From: Candidatus Moraniibacteriota bacterium
Lineage (GTDB): Bacteria; Patescibacteriota; Minisyncoccia; Moranbacterales; UBA2206
Length of the DNA: 52,560 nucleotides
NCBI GenBank assembly: GCA_030679995.1
Contig: JAUXSK010000009.1
Span: forward strand, 1 to 52,560
Direction of reading: 5' to 3'
Shown: positions 1-9,475 of the stretch, one piece after another
Position numbering within the stretch: the stretch's first letter is position 1
Layout of the letters: each line of letters opens with the position of its first letter
The notes under the pieces: model-generated
What the model was told of the DNA's origin: nothing
The model's input: only the letters and a program-made list of their open reading frames with translations
Database searches by the model: none
Translations under genes and position numbers: made by a program

Positions 1-16
1 TGCCCGCCAAAGGCGG

Positions 17-140
17 GAAATCCTAAATTCTAAATCTCAAATTTCAAATAAATCTAAAATATAAAATTACAAATTTCAAACCGTTTTGAATTTAAAATTT
101 TGGATTTATTTGGAATTTGTAATTTTATATTTTAGATTTC
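17..140. repeat. AT-rich heptamer-periodic (AAATnnn) palindromic element; supplies the last codons and stop of smpB
   Basis: 50-80 and 109-139 are a 30/31 inverted repeat; AAATnnn units; preceded by GC hairpin CCCGCC-AAA-GGCGGG (3-17). Confidence 0.8.
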
Positions 141-574
141 AATTCTCGTTTGATATTTCTTTCGACTTCTCTTTTGCTTATATCGGCTCGTTTATCAAAC
201 TTCTTCTTTCCTTTGCCTAAGCCAAATTCAAGCTTCAATAGTCGTTTCCTAGTATACACTCGAATCGGCACTAATGTCAAGCCTTGAATCCGCACTTTAC
301 CCGTTAAATGCTTGATTTCCGACCTGTGCATCAACAGTTTTCTTGGCTGGGTCGGATCGTAGTTTTTTACCCCGCCGGCCTGCTTGTAGGGCGTGATATG
401 GGCATTGGTTAGAAAAAGTTCGGAACCTCTGATAGTGACGAAGCTTTCCTTGAGGCTGATATGGCCCATTTTGACGGATTTAACTTCCGGTCCTGACAAA
501 ACCAAACCCGCCTCGTATTTGTCCGAGATCTCATAATCGAAATTGGCGCGTTTGTTGAAAGCCAGAGTTGCCAT
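125..574 (-). CDS. smpB: SsrA-binding protein SmpB
   Basis: NKRA.FDY, EAGLVL.G.EVKS, RKLLMH, KGKKKFDKR motifs. Confidence 0.97.
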   Translation of the reverse strand: MATLAFNKRANFDYEISDKYEAGLVLSGPEVKSVKMGHISLKESFVTIRGSELFLTNAHITPYKQAGGVKNYDPTQPRKLLMHRSEIKHLTGKVRIQGLTLVPIRVYTRKRLLKLEFGLGKGKKKFDKRADISKREVERNIKRELKSKI

Positions 575-668
575 ATTGATAGCTTATCATCTTAATGCGG
601 GATAGTACAAGGGTTATTTCGGTGAAAACCCTTTATTTTTTCCTGTTTCTGCGGTAGGATGGAAATAT

Positions 669-2282
669 ATGAGAAAAGAACTGGAAAAAATCATCCAAAA
701 GGCGGTAAAAGATTTGTTCGGGCTGGAGCAGGTCGGTTTTGCGGTGGATTATCCTAAAGACGAGAAATTCGGGGATTACGCGACCAATGTGGCCTTGGTT
801 TTGGCGAAGAAGGTCGGGAAGGGTCCGATGGAAATCGCAGATCAGATTAAAAGTCAAATATTAAATATCAAATACCCGGAATTTGGTAAGATTGAAGTGG
901 TTGCGCCGGGGTATATTAATTTCTATTTATCGGGAAAATTTTTACAGGACGAGGTGGCGGAGATAAATAAAGAGATAGATGATTTTGGAAAAAGCGAAAT
1001 CGGCAAAGGCATCACGATAAACAATGAATTTATTTCAGCTAATCCGACCGGACCGCTGACAGTAGGGAATGGTCGCGGAGGCTTTTGCGGGGATGCGATT
1101 TCACGCGTGTTGCGCAAGGCCGGTTTTGTGGTGACGAATGAATATTATATCAATGATGCGGGCGGCCAGGTGGTGAAATTGGGCCACAGTGTCTTGAAAG
1201 ACGAAGAAGCGGCGTATTCCGGGGAATATATTGATGGATTGAATAAAAAATACGGGCATTTGGCTGACGTGCGGGAAATCGGGCAATTGGCGGCGAAAGA
1301 AGTTTTGGAAAACATAATCCAAAAAACAGTGAAGGAAAAAATGCGGATTTCTTTCGATGAATGGATGAGCGAAAAGAAGATCCAGGATGAAGGTTTCGTG
1401 GAACGGGCAATTGAAATTTTGAAAAACAAAAATTTGGCATATGAATCCGAGGGCGCGTTGTGGCTCAAGACCACTGAATTCGGTGATGACAAAGATCGCG
1501 TACTGATAAAGACCGACGGGCAGAAATCCTATTTTGCCGGCGATTGCGGGTATATGTTGAACAAGATCGAGCGGGGATTCGGGCGTCTGATCATCGGTTT
1601 GGGAGCGGACCACCACGGTTATGTGGCGCGGTTGCGCGCCGCAGCCAAAGCCTTGGGTTTCGCAGGGGATTTCCGTTTCATTATTTCCCAATTGGTGCGG
1701 ATCACCAAAGACGGCAAAGAGGCCAGGATGTCCAAGCGGGCCGGCAATGTGGTGGAAATCGATGAATTGATCGAAAGGGTCGGACACGATGTGACGCGCT
1801 TTTTTTTCCTGATGTATTCGCCGGACACGCATATGAACTTCGATCTGGGCTTGGCCGAAGAGAGATCACAAAAAAACCCGGTTTTCTATGTGCAATACGC
1901 GCACGCCAGAATTTGTAGTATACTTGGGAAATTCGAAGCCCTAAATCCAAATTCCAATCCGCCGGCTGGCGGATCAAAATCGGAAATTCAAAGTTTAAAA
2001 CTTTCATTATTGACTCATGAAAAGGAATTAAGCTTGATGCGGGAGCTGGATAAATTCCCGGAACTGGTGGAAGAGTTGGCGCAAAGTTATGAAGTGCATA
2101 AATTACCATACTACGCTATCAAATTGGCGGATAAATTCCATTCGTTCTATAATGAATGCAAGGTGATCGACGAAGGGAATTCGGATTTGACAAAAGCCAG
2201 AATTAGCCTTATAACGGCAGTGAAAATCGTTCTGGCTGAAACTCTGGATCTGATCGGGGTGGATGCGCCGGAAAAGATGTAA
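669..2282 (+). CDS. argS: Arginyl-tRNA synthetase
   Basis: FGDYATN, SANPTGPLTVGNGRG, GADHHGY, MSKRAG, YVQYAHAR, APEKM. Confidence 0.97.
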   Translation: MRKELEKIIQKAVKDLFGLEQVGFAVDYPKDEKFGDYATNVALVLAKKVGKGPMEIADQIKSQILNIKYPEFGKIEVVAPGYINFYLSGKFLQDEVAEINKEIDDFGKSEIGKGITINNEFISANPTGPLTVGNGRGGFCGDAISRVLRKAGFVVTNEYYINDAGGQVVKLGHSVLKDEEAAYSGEYIDGLNKKYGHLADVREIGQLAAKEVLENIIQKTVKEKMRISFDEWMSEKKIQDEGFVERAIEILKNKNLAYESEGALWLKTTEFGDDKDRVLIKTDGQKSYFAGDCGYMLNKIERGFGRLIIGLGADHHGYVARLRAAAKALGFAGDFRFIISQLVRITKDGKEARMSKRAGNVVEIDELIERVGHDVTRFFFLMYSPDTHMNFDLGLAEERSQKNPVFYVQYAHARICSILGKFEALNPNSNPPAGGSKSEIQSLKLSLLTHEKELSLMRELDKFPELVEELAQSYEVHKLPYYAIKLADKFHSFYNECKVIDEGNSDLTKARISLITAVKIVLAETLDLIGVDAPEKM

Positions 2283-2331
2283 TTAAAGTACGCACATAGG
2301 ACTTATGAGACCTATCGTGCCCAATAAATAT

Positions 2332-3495
2332 ATGAGAATAGGTATTGACGCGCGGACAATTTTGAACCCGGACAAGGGCGAGGCGATCGGCGTGGGCCAC
2401 TATACCTACCAGTTGATCCGCCATCTCCTGGAAATCGACCAAGAAAACGAGTATGTCCTGTTTTTCGATTACCGCGTCCGCGAAAAGGATGTAAAAAAGT
2501 TTTCCAAACCGAACGTAAAAATAAAATTCTATCCGTTTTCCGATTACAAGAAATTTTTGCCGGGCGCGTACAACGAGATTTTGGGTACGGCGACTTTGGT
2601 AAAAGAAGATTTGGATGTGATCCATACGACTTCGCCGTTGAGCCGGATTCCGGTAAGTTATCGTGGCAAGACGATCGTGACTGTGAACAATATGGCGGCC
2701 CACAAGGTTCCGGATGTCTTCCCTCGGTTGTCGGTGGCGAAAAACAAGATAGATTTGAGCCTGATGGCAGGGAAAGCGGATAAGATCATCGCCGTTTCGG
2801 AATCGGTCAAAAAGGATCTGCAGGACATCCTGGAGTGTCCGGCTGGAAAGATAGAGGTTATATATAGCGGTTTTGATAAGAGGTTTTCTGATAAATCGGC
2901 GGATACGCGGGAGGCGGTTTTGGATAAATATGGTATCAAAAATGACAGATATATGCTGTTTTTGGGAACCATTGAGCCGGCCAAAAATATCGCGAGGCTT
3001 TTTGAGGCTTTCAATATATTCAAACAGGATTATAAGAATCGGGGGGCTAATTTTGAATATAAACTGGTGATGGCCGGCAAGAACGGCTGGCTGGCGGAAG
3101 AATATAAACAGATGGCGCAGGATTTGGGTATTGGCAAGGATGTGATTTTCACCGGCTATATCATCGGTGATGAGATCGTTTCGCTTTTTTCGCAAGCTGA
3201 TTTTTTCGTGATGCCGTCGCTCTATGAAGGATTTGGCACGACCGTCTTGGAGGCTTTCGCGACCGGTACACCGGCGATCGTTTCCGGTGTTTCTTCTATT
3301 CCGGAAATCGCCGGCGATGCGGCGGAATTCGTGAATCCTTTGGATGCGCAGGATATCGCGAGGGCGATGCTGAAATTGGCGGAAGATGAAAATTTGAAAC
3401 AATCTTTGCGCGAGAAAGGTAGGAAACAGGTGGAAAAATTCAATTGGGAAAAGTGCGCGCGCGAAACCCTGGAAGTTTACAAAAGTTTTTCTTAG
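2332..3495 (+). CDS. Glycosyltransferase family 4 (GT-B fold)
   Basis: MRIGIDAR start, GTIEPAKN, PSLYEGFG...EAFATG, FNWEKCA. Confidence 0.92.
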   Translation: MRIGIDARTILNPDKGEAIGVGHYTYQLIRHLLEIDQENEYVLFFDYRVREKDVKKFSKPNVKIKFYPFSDYKKFLPGAYNEILGTATLVKEDLDVIHTTSPLSRIPVSYRGKTIVTVNNMAAHKVPDVFPRLSVAKNKIDLSLMAGKADKIIAVSESVKKDLQDILECPAGKIEVIYSGFDKRFSDKSADTREAVLDKYGIKNDRYMLFLGTIEPAKNIARLFEAFNIFKQDYKNRGANFEYKLVMAGKNGWLAEEYKQMAQDLGIGKDVIFTGYIIGDEIVSLFSQADFFVMPSLYEGFGTTVLEAFATGTPAIVSGVSSIPEIAGDAAEFVNPLDAQDIARAMLKLAEDENLKQSLREKGRKQVEKFNWEKCARETLEVYKSFS

Positions 3496-3531
3496 AACGG
3501 TTTATCATAAGCTTTAGGCGAAAAAAAGTTT

Positions 3532-3569
3532 AAAAAGGCTTTGTTTTAGTTAAAAACAAAGCCTTTTTT
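3532..3569. terminator. Intrinsic terminator after argS-GT4
   Basis: AAAAAGGCTTTGTTTT / AAAACAAAGCCTTTTT inverted repeat. Confidence 0.8.
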
Positions 3570-3578
3570 ACTTTGCTA

Positions 3579-3607
3579 TTGTCAAATTTATTATTTTATG
3601 TTATAAA
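3579..3607 (+). promoter_or_regulatory. Putative sigma70 promoter of the 3695 ORF
   Basis: TTGTCA-17 nt-TATAAA with extended TG. Confidence 0.55.
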
Positions 3608-3694
3608 GACCAATCAGATACGGATGGTTTTTTAAAAATTCAAACAGAGATAGTTATCTCGATTTATCAACTAATAACCCCTGGAGGAGAAGGT

Positions 3695-4921
3695 ATGCGG
3701 ATAAATAGATCGAAAAAAGCAGAAGTCATATATCGTGAAGTTTTTCGTATTGTCGATGCTATGGAGGCGGAGATGGTGAGGAAGGAAAATGAAAAAATAT
3801 TTTTGCGTTTATGGAAAATATTCCATAAAAAACCGGAGGCTTTCGCACGCAAAATAATCGACTTTCTGGAAGTGGCTGCTGGTGATTCCGAAGAAACATT
3901 GGCGGAATCAAAAGATTTTATTCAGGAATTCTATGAATGGATGATGGAAATGTTGGGTGATGACTATGGAACGTCCGTCGAAATGATACGTAGGTTCCGT
4001 TTGTTTTCCGAGGTGGAATGCCTGTGGCAAATTATTTGCTGTAACAGGCGGCTTATCTCAGAGAAGCAATTCACTAAATTACTGGCTCGCAGAAAGTCCA
4101 TATTATTATTTTCTGAGGTCAGGCCGAATAAGGCGCTGGCGGAGAAAATAAAAAGCCTCCAGGAAGAATGGAGGCAGGCCAGAATCGCTTATGTTGAGGA
4201 AAAGCGATCTACGGCTGAAATAAAGAAAAGTTCGATGGAAATTGTTAGCGTCCCAATCGAAACAGGACGCAGGAAAGTATTTAAGGAAAAAGAGCCGCAT
4301 CATTCGGGGAAGGAGAGATTAAGAAGTGGGATTAATGAGCTTCTTGGAGGCAAGTTTGTTTCAGGAGTTTGGATGCTCTCCAAAACCGAACTTTCTAATT
4401 TGAAAAAAACCATTTCATTGTTAGGCGTTGGAGTTGCGGAAAGGTTGTTGATGACTAAAAAGCACCTAGCAAACAATTCTCCTTTTATGGATGCGATTAA
4501 TTCTGATGATGACGGGCTAGGACGTCTCATTTTGGACAGGAATGGGGGTTCAGCAAAAATAAAACCTGTTTCTCAATTTGATCCAGGCGAGGCAGATATT
4601 TTTTCTTTTCCTTCAGATACGTCAGTTGTCATCGTGGGAGGATGTCGAATTAAAAAATGGCAACTTCTCTCCCAAATTATTATGCGGATGGGGGCTAGAG
4701 ATTGCCAGTTTGTTTTCTCTGAAAATTTAGAGAAAATCGGTCGGATAACTGAAGATAAGCTGATAATATTTTTGGCCAACATAAATTCGCACAAAGCAGG
4801 GAATAGGCTTTGCGGGAGAAAAAAAAATTTGCTGAGAATTTATTCCAGCAATGCATCTACCTTCGGAGAAGTCGTGGCCAGAGAATATCTTGCTGCCAAA
4901 ATATCCGGCAGGATAACATAG
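3695..4921 (+). CDS. Hypothetical protein, possible C-terminal DUF2325-like domain
   Basis: 408-aa ORF with GGAGG SD; C-terminus VVIVGG...LIIFLANINSH resembles DUF2325 (by eye). Confidence 0.7.
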   Translation: MRINRSKKAEVIYREVFRIVDAMEAEMVRKENEKIFLRLWKIFHKKPEAFARKIIDFLEVAAGDSEETLAESKDFIQEFYEWMMEMLGDDYGTSVEMIRRFRLFSEVECLWQIICCNRRLISEKQFTKLLARRKSILLFSEVRPNKALAEKIKSLQEEWRQARIAYVEEKRSTAEIKKSSMEIVSVPIETGRRKVFKEKEPHHSGKERLRSGINELLGGKFVSGVWMLSKTELSNLKKTISLLGVGVAERLLMTKKHLANNSPFMDAINSDDDGLGRLILDRNGGSAKIKPVSQFDPGEADIFSFPSDTSVVIVGGCRIKKWQLLSQIIMRMGARDCQFVFSENLEKIGRITEDKLIIFLANINSHKAGNRLCGRKKNLLRIYSSNASTFGEVVAREYLAAKISGRIT

Positions 4922-4933
4922 GCCGATAAGCCT

Positions 4934-4971
4934 AAACCGCCTGGAACATAGTTATGTTCCAGGCGGTTTTT
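4934..4971 (+). terminator. Intrinsic terminator
   Basis: AAACCGCCTGGAACATA-GT-TATGTTCCAGGCGGTTTTT. Confidence 0.9.
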
Positions 4972-4973
4972 AA

Positions 4974-5002
4974 TTGACTAAAGAGGTTTTTATTGTTAGG
5001 AT
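4974..5002 (+). promoter_or_regulatory. Sigma70 promoter of the ileS leader
   Basis: TTGACT-17 nt-TAGGAT, extended TG. Confidence 0.7.
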
Positions 5003-5019
5003 TGGATTGGGAAGTTTTT

Positions 5020-5224
5020 AAAAGCCTTTAGATGAAATTATCAGTTTCAGATCTCTTTTTTAAGAGAAGGTTGCGGGAAGAAATTTAGCTTTTTTCAAGG
5101 CTAAAAAGTAGAACCCGCCGGGTCTGCCCGTAACAGCTGGGAATTAAGTCCTGAGTGATCGGGAGAACTAAGGTGGTACCACGGCAATCGTCGTCCTTAT
5201 GCATTTTTTGCGTAAGGATTTTTT
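5020..5224 (+). promoter_or_regulatory. T-box riboswitch (Ile), transcription-antitermination type
   Basis: AAGGTGGTACCACGG T-box 5170-5184, antiterminator partner TCGTCCTT, terminator 5194-5224, Stem II with GAA/AGTA, IIA/B CGGGTCTGCCCGTAACAG, ATC at 5040-5042. Confidence 0.9.
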
Positions 5225-5265
5225 GTTTTTTTAGGATGCAATTTAAATAATTATAAAATAAAGAT

Positions 5266-8200
5266 ATGTTTAAAAAAGTAGATCCAAAGTTGACCTTTCC
5301 TCAGATGGAAGAAGAAATTTTGAAGTTTTGGGAGGAGCAGCAGATTTTTGAAAAGTCCTTGGAAAAAACCAAGGACAAGCCAGCGTACGCTTTCTATGAC
5401 GGGCCGCCTTTTGCGACGGGAACTCCGCATTATGGCCACATCGTGGGCAGCGTGATGAAAGATGTGGTGCCGCGGTATTGGACGATGCGCGGGCGTTATG
5501 TCGAGCGCAAGTGGGGCTGGGATTGCCATGGCTTGCCGATTGAGAACATCGTGGAAAAAGAACTGGGCTCGAAAAAGAAAAAAGACATCGAAGAAATGGG
5601 CGTGGAAAAATTCAATGGGCTGTGCCGGAGCAAGGTTTTGGGATATGTGGATGAGTGGAAGAAAGTGATCACCAGACTCGGCCGTTGGGCGGATATGGAA
5701 AACGCCTACAAGACGATGGATTTGCCGTATATGGAATCGGTTTGGAATGTTTTCAAACAGTTGTGGGATAAAAGTTTGATTTATGAAGGCTACCGCTCGA
5801 TGCATATTTGCACGCGCTGTGAAACGACTTTGTCACAGCAGGAGGTTTCGGAAGGGTATAAAGATATCAAAGATTTGTCAGCGATCGCGAAATTTGAACT
5901 GGTGGATGAACCGGGGACTTTCGTTCTGGCTTGGACGACGACACCGTGGACTTTGATTGGGAATGTGGCGTTGGCGGTTGGGAAGAATGTTAAATATACA
6001 AAAGTGAGAGTGTATGCTGACAAGAGAAATGAAAAGGGTAAGCCAATTTATGAAAACATTATAGTTGCTAAAGATATCTATGAAAAATGGAAAACTGAAT
6101 TTTATAAAGATGGTGTTAATCAAATAGGAGTAAAATTATTTGGATTGAAGGATTTTTCGTCAGTAAAAGGAGAGCCTATGGTAATTAATGAAAATGAGAT
6201 TATTGACGAGATGGAAGGAAATGCTTTGGTTGGTAAAAAATATAAACCATTATTTGACTATTACCAAAACAAAGGTTTGCAAAACGAGGAGAACGGTTGG
6301 AAAATTTATGCCGGGGATTTCGTGACGACGGAAGATGGGACGGGCGTGGTGCATATCGCGCCGGCGTTTGGAGAGGATGATTTGAAATTGGGACAAAAAG
6401 AAAAGTTGCCGTTTGTGCAACACGTCGGATTGGACGGCGTGATTAAAAAAGAAGCCGGAGAATTCGCCGGACTTTCAGTTAAGCCGATGACCGGAGAAAA
6501 AGACAGTCATCAAAAAACCGATATCGAAATCATCAAATATTTGGCGCACAATAATCTTCTTTTTTCCAAGGAAAAATATGAACATAGTTATCCGCATTGT
6601 TGGAGGTGTGATACGCCGCTTATCAATTACGCGACAAGCTCCTGGTTTGTGGCGGTGGAAAAAGTGAAAGAGGAGGCGCTGGAATTGGCCAAGGAAATAA
6701 ATTGGACCCCGAAGCATATGAAAGAAGGGCGGTTCGGAAATTGGCTGGAAGGAGCGCGCGACTGGTCGATTTCAAGGCAAAGGTTTTGGGCGAGCGTGAT
6801 GCCGATTTGGGTTTGCGATCAATGCGGAGAAGTTAGGGTGTTTGGGGGCGTTGGGGAGTTGGAAGAAATTTCCGGAGAAAAAATTACCGACATCCACAAG
6901 CATATCGTAGACAAGATCACTTTCGAATGTGAAAAGTGCGATGGGAAAATGAAGCGGGTGCCGGATGTTTTGGATACTTGGTTTGACAGCGGATCGATGC
7001 CGTACGCCCAGTTGCATTATCCTTTCGAAAACCAGGAAAAATTCGAAGCCAATTTTCCGGCGGATTTCATCGCGGAAGGACAGGACCAGACCCGCGCTTG
7101 GTTTTATTATTTGCATATTCTGGGAACGGCTTTGCAAAGCAAACCGGCTTTCAAAAATGTGATCGTCAATGGGATCGTTTTGGCGGAGGATGGGAAAAAG
7201 ATGGCCAAGCGGCTTAAAAACTATCCTGATCCTTCGATGATGTTCGACAAATACGGCGCGGACGCGATGCGGATGTATCTGATGAGTTCGCCGGTGGTGG
7301 CGTCCGAAAATCTGAATTTCAAAGAAGCGGACGTGGCGGACTTTATGCGCGGGATGTTCCGGATGCTATGGAATTCGTATTCTTTTTTCGTACTCTATGC
7401 CGATATCGACGGTTGGAAGCCGGCTGGATTCAAAAAACCGGCCGGACTTTTGGATAAATGGATCGTGTCGGAACTCAATGTCCTGATCGGGGAATACAAC
7501 AAACATATGGAAGCGTACGAATTGAACTATGCGGCGCGCCTGTTCCCAAAATTCATCGATAATCTGTCTAACTGGTACATCCGTCGCTCCCGCAAGCGAT
7601 TCTGGAAATCAGAAGATGATGGCGACAAAGCGGAAGCCTATCAAACTTTGCACTATGTCTTGGTCGAGTTGTCCAAATTAATGGCGCCTTTCGCGCCGTT
7701 TATGGCGGAAGAGATTTTCAAAAATCTGACCGGCAAGGAATCGGTGCATTTGGAGGATATGCCGGTGGCGGACGGATCGATAATCGACAACCAGGCTAAT
7801 GAGGAAATGGCTTTGGCTAGGGCATTTGTGAATACTGGCTTGAAATTGCGGGCGGAGGCCGGAATAAAGGTCAGACAGCCGTTGTATAAATTATATATCG
7901 ACAAAGAAATCAATGCCGAGCTCAAGAATATAATCAAGGAAGAAGTCAATGTCAGAGAGATCATAGTTGATCCGGCAATCGAGGCAGTTAGGATTGATAC
8001 GACAATCGATGAAGAATTGAAACTTGAAGGCCAGGCCCGCGAGATCATCCGGTTTATCCAGGAAATGCGCAAAGAGGCGGGCTATGAGGTTGACAACCGC
8101 ATCAAAATATGCTATGCTGGCAAGTCAGCCGTGTTCGAAAAATTCGGACCGCTTATTACCAAAGAAACTTTGGCGACTGAATTGCTGGCAGGGGATCTTG

Positions 8201-8271
8201 AAGATTTTGATTTGGAGAAAGAGATCAAGATTGGAGAGGATCAGATGCACATTAAAATAAAACGGGGGTAG
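5266..8271 (+). CDS. ileS: Isoleucyl-tRNA synthetase, type 2
   Basis: DGPPFATGTPHYGH, GWDCHGLP, WTTTPWT, ISRQRFW, KMAKR; type-2 C-terminus. Confidence 0.97.
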   Translation: MFKKVDPKLTFPQMEEEILKFWEEQQIFEKSLEKTKDKPAYAFYDGPPFATGTPHYGHIVGSVMKDVVPRYWTMRGRYVERKWGWDCHGLPIENIVEKELGSKKKKDIEEMGVEKFNGLCRSKVLGYVDEWKKVITRLGRWADMENAYKTMDLPYMESVWNVFKQLWDKSLIYEGYRSMHICTRCETTLSQQEVSEGYKDIKDLSAIAKFELVDEPGTFVLAWTTTPWTLIGNVALAVGKNVKYTKVRVYADKRNEKGKPIYENIIVAKDIYEKWKTEFYKDGVNQIGVKLFGLKDFSSVKGEPMVINENEIIDEMEGNALVGKKYKPLFDYYQNKGLQNEENGWKIYAGDFVTTEDGTGVVHIAPAFGEDDLKLGQKEKLPFVQHVGLDGVIKKEAGEFAGLSVKPMTGEKDSHQKTDIEIIKYLAHNNLLFSKEKYEHSYPHCWRCDTPLINYATSSWFVAVEKVKEEALELAKEINWTPKHMKEGRFGNWLEGARDWSISRQRFWASVMPIWVCDQCGEVRVFGGVGELEEISGEKITDIHKHIVDKITFECEKCDGKMKRVPDVLDTWFDSGSMPYAQLHYPFENQEKFEANFPADFIAEGQDQTRAWFYYLHILGTALQSKPAFKNVIVNGIVLAEDGKKMAKRLKNYPDPSMMFDKYGADAMRMYLMSSPVVASENLNFKEADVADFMRGMFRMLWNSYSFFVLYADIDGWKPAGFKKPAGLLDKWIVSELNVLIGEYNKHMEAYELNYAARLFPKFIDNLSNWYIRRSRKRFWKSEDDGDKAEAYQTLHYVLVELSKLMAPFAPFMAEEIFKNLTGKESVHLEDMPVADGSIIDNQANEEMALARAFVNTGLKLRAEAGIKVRQPLYKLYIDKEINAELKNIIKEEVNVREIIVDPAIEAVRIDTTIDEELKLEGQAREIIRFIQEMRKEAGYEVDNRIKICYAGKSAVFEKFGPLITKETLATELLAGDLEDFDLEKEIKIGEDQMHIKIKRG

Positions 8272-8276
8272 GCGGC

Positions 8277-8549
8277 ATGAAAAGAAAAAAATATGATTTG
8301 GATGAACGGCTGAGGAGTCAGGTCATCGTCGGACTAGAAGAGGAAAGGGATGGATTATTTGTATGGAATATGGCTGGTACAATGTTTTTTTTGGTGATGG
8401 CCGTATTCCTGTATAACATCTTCCCTGTTTTTAAAAGCGGTTATTTTATACTGGGGATGATGATGATAGGATTTTTCATTCCGTACCCCTTAGTTTTCCT
8501 AAGGAGGAAACTAAAAAGAAAAAGAAAAAATCATCACTGTATCAAATGA
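8277..8549 (+). CDS. Small hypothetical membrane protein (2 TM)
   Basis: 90-aa ORF 5 bp after ileS with two hydrophobic segments. Confidence 0.6.
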   Translation: MKRKKYDLDERLRSQVIVGLEEERDGLFVWNMAGTMFFLVMAVFLYNIFPVFKSGYFILGMMMIGFFIPYPLVFLRRKLKRKRKNHHCIK

Positions 8550-8556
8550 TGATTAC

Positions 8557-8595
8557 AGTCCTGCCGGCGCGTGCGCCAGCAGGACTAGTTTTTTT
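8557..8595 (+). terminator. Intrinsic terminator
   Basis: AGTCCTGC..GCAGGACT GC-rich stem followed by a T run. Confidence 0.8.
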
Positions 8596-8626
8596 CTCTA
8601 GGCGGATAAGGTATAATCGAAGCATT

Positions 8627-9355
8627 ATGGAATATAAATATAACGGCATAATTTTAAACAAAAAGGACGTCGGAGAGGTCGACCGCATCTATACGATTTA
8701 TACCCTTGAAGCCGGCAAAATCCGCGTATTGGGCAAAGGGGTCAGGAAGCCCAACGCCAAATTGGCGGGCAATCTGGAATCAGTCACGCAAGCGGAAATT
8801 TTTCTGGCCAAGAGCCGCGGGATGGGAAAGATAACCGGTTCGATCGTCATCGGCAATTTCGCCAATATCAAGGCGGATCTGGATTTGGTCAATAAGGTTT
8901 TTTATGTTTTTAAAATATTGGCCCGACTTATTTCCGATGAGGAAAAAGATGAAAATATTTTCCGGCTTTTGGAAAAATATTTGGCGGTTATGGATGGCTT
9001 ATCCGGCGAGGAAGATAGGGCCGGCATCATAACTATCGGATTGATGTTTAAGATATTGGATGAGATGGGCTATCGATTAGAAGTGGAGAAATGCGTGTAT
9101 TGCGAAAAGAAATTGCTTTTGGAAAAAAATTATTTCAGCATCGCGCGCGGAGGAGTGCTGTGCGCCAAGTGTTTCCAGTTTGAAAATAAAAAAATTCCGG
9201 TCAGCAATGAATCCATCAAGCTTATCCGGATATTTTTACAGAACAAGCTGGAGAATCTGATAAAATTAAGGGCATCCCGGCAGGAAATCAACCGGCTCCA
9301 GGTGGTCCTGGGAGAAGCGTTGGATTGGGTGGGTGGTTCCAATATCCGGTTGTGA
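8627..9355 (+). CDS. recO: DNA repair protein RecO
   Basis: GIILNKKDVGEVDRI, GKI...KGVRKP; CxxC..GGVLCxxC zinc finger; start moved to ATG 8627 downstream of the terminator. Confidence 0.93.
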   Translation: MEYKYNGIILNKKDVGEVDRIYTIYTLEAGKIRVLGKGVRKPNAKLAGNLESVTQAEIFLAKSRGMGKITGSIVIGNFANIKADLDLVNKVFYVFKILARLISDEEKDENIFRLLEKYLAVMDGLSGEEDRAGIITIGLMFKILDEMGYRLEVEKCVYCEKKLLLEKNYFSIARGGVLCAKCFQFENKKIPVSNESIKLIRIFLQNKLENLIKLRASRQEINRLQVVLGEALDWVGGSNIRL

Positions 9356-9475
9356 CGATAATTTTATGAATTTGACCGGTGGTCGCGGCAGAATCATCCG
9401 CCGCAGGTTTGATTAGCTGGCCGTTTTTTGGTATGATTCAATCAAGAAATTAAAAAGCTATATCGCTGGCGAACT

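Noticed and set aside
1..140. CRISPR array
   Set aside because: Short degenerate 7-mers without a repeat-spacer layout; no cas genes
2209..3402. Long antisense ORFs (also 17514-18641, 20597-21370, 1101-1832 and others)
   Set aside because: Shadow frames opposite well-conserved genes, with no motifs of their own
5990..6260. Intein in ileS
   Set aside because: No Cys/Ser start, no His-Asn end, and too short
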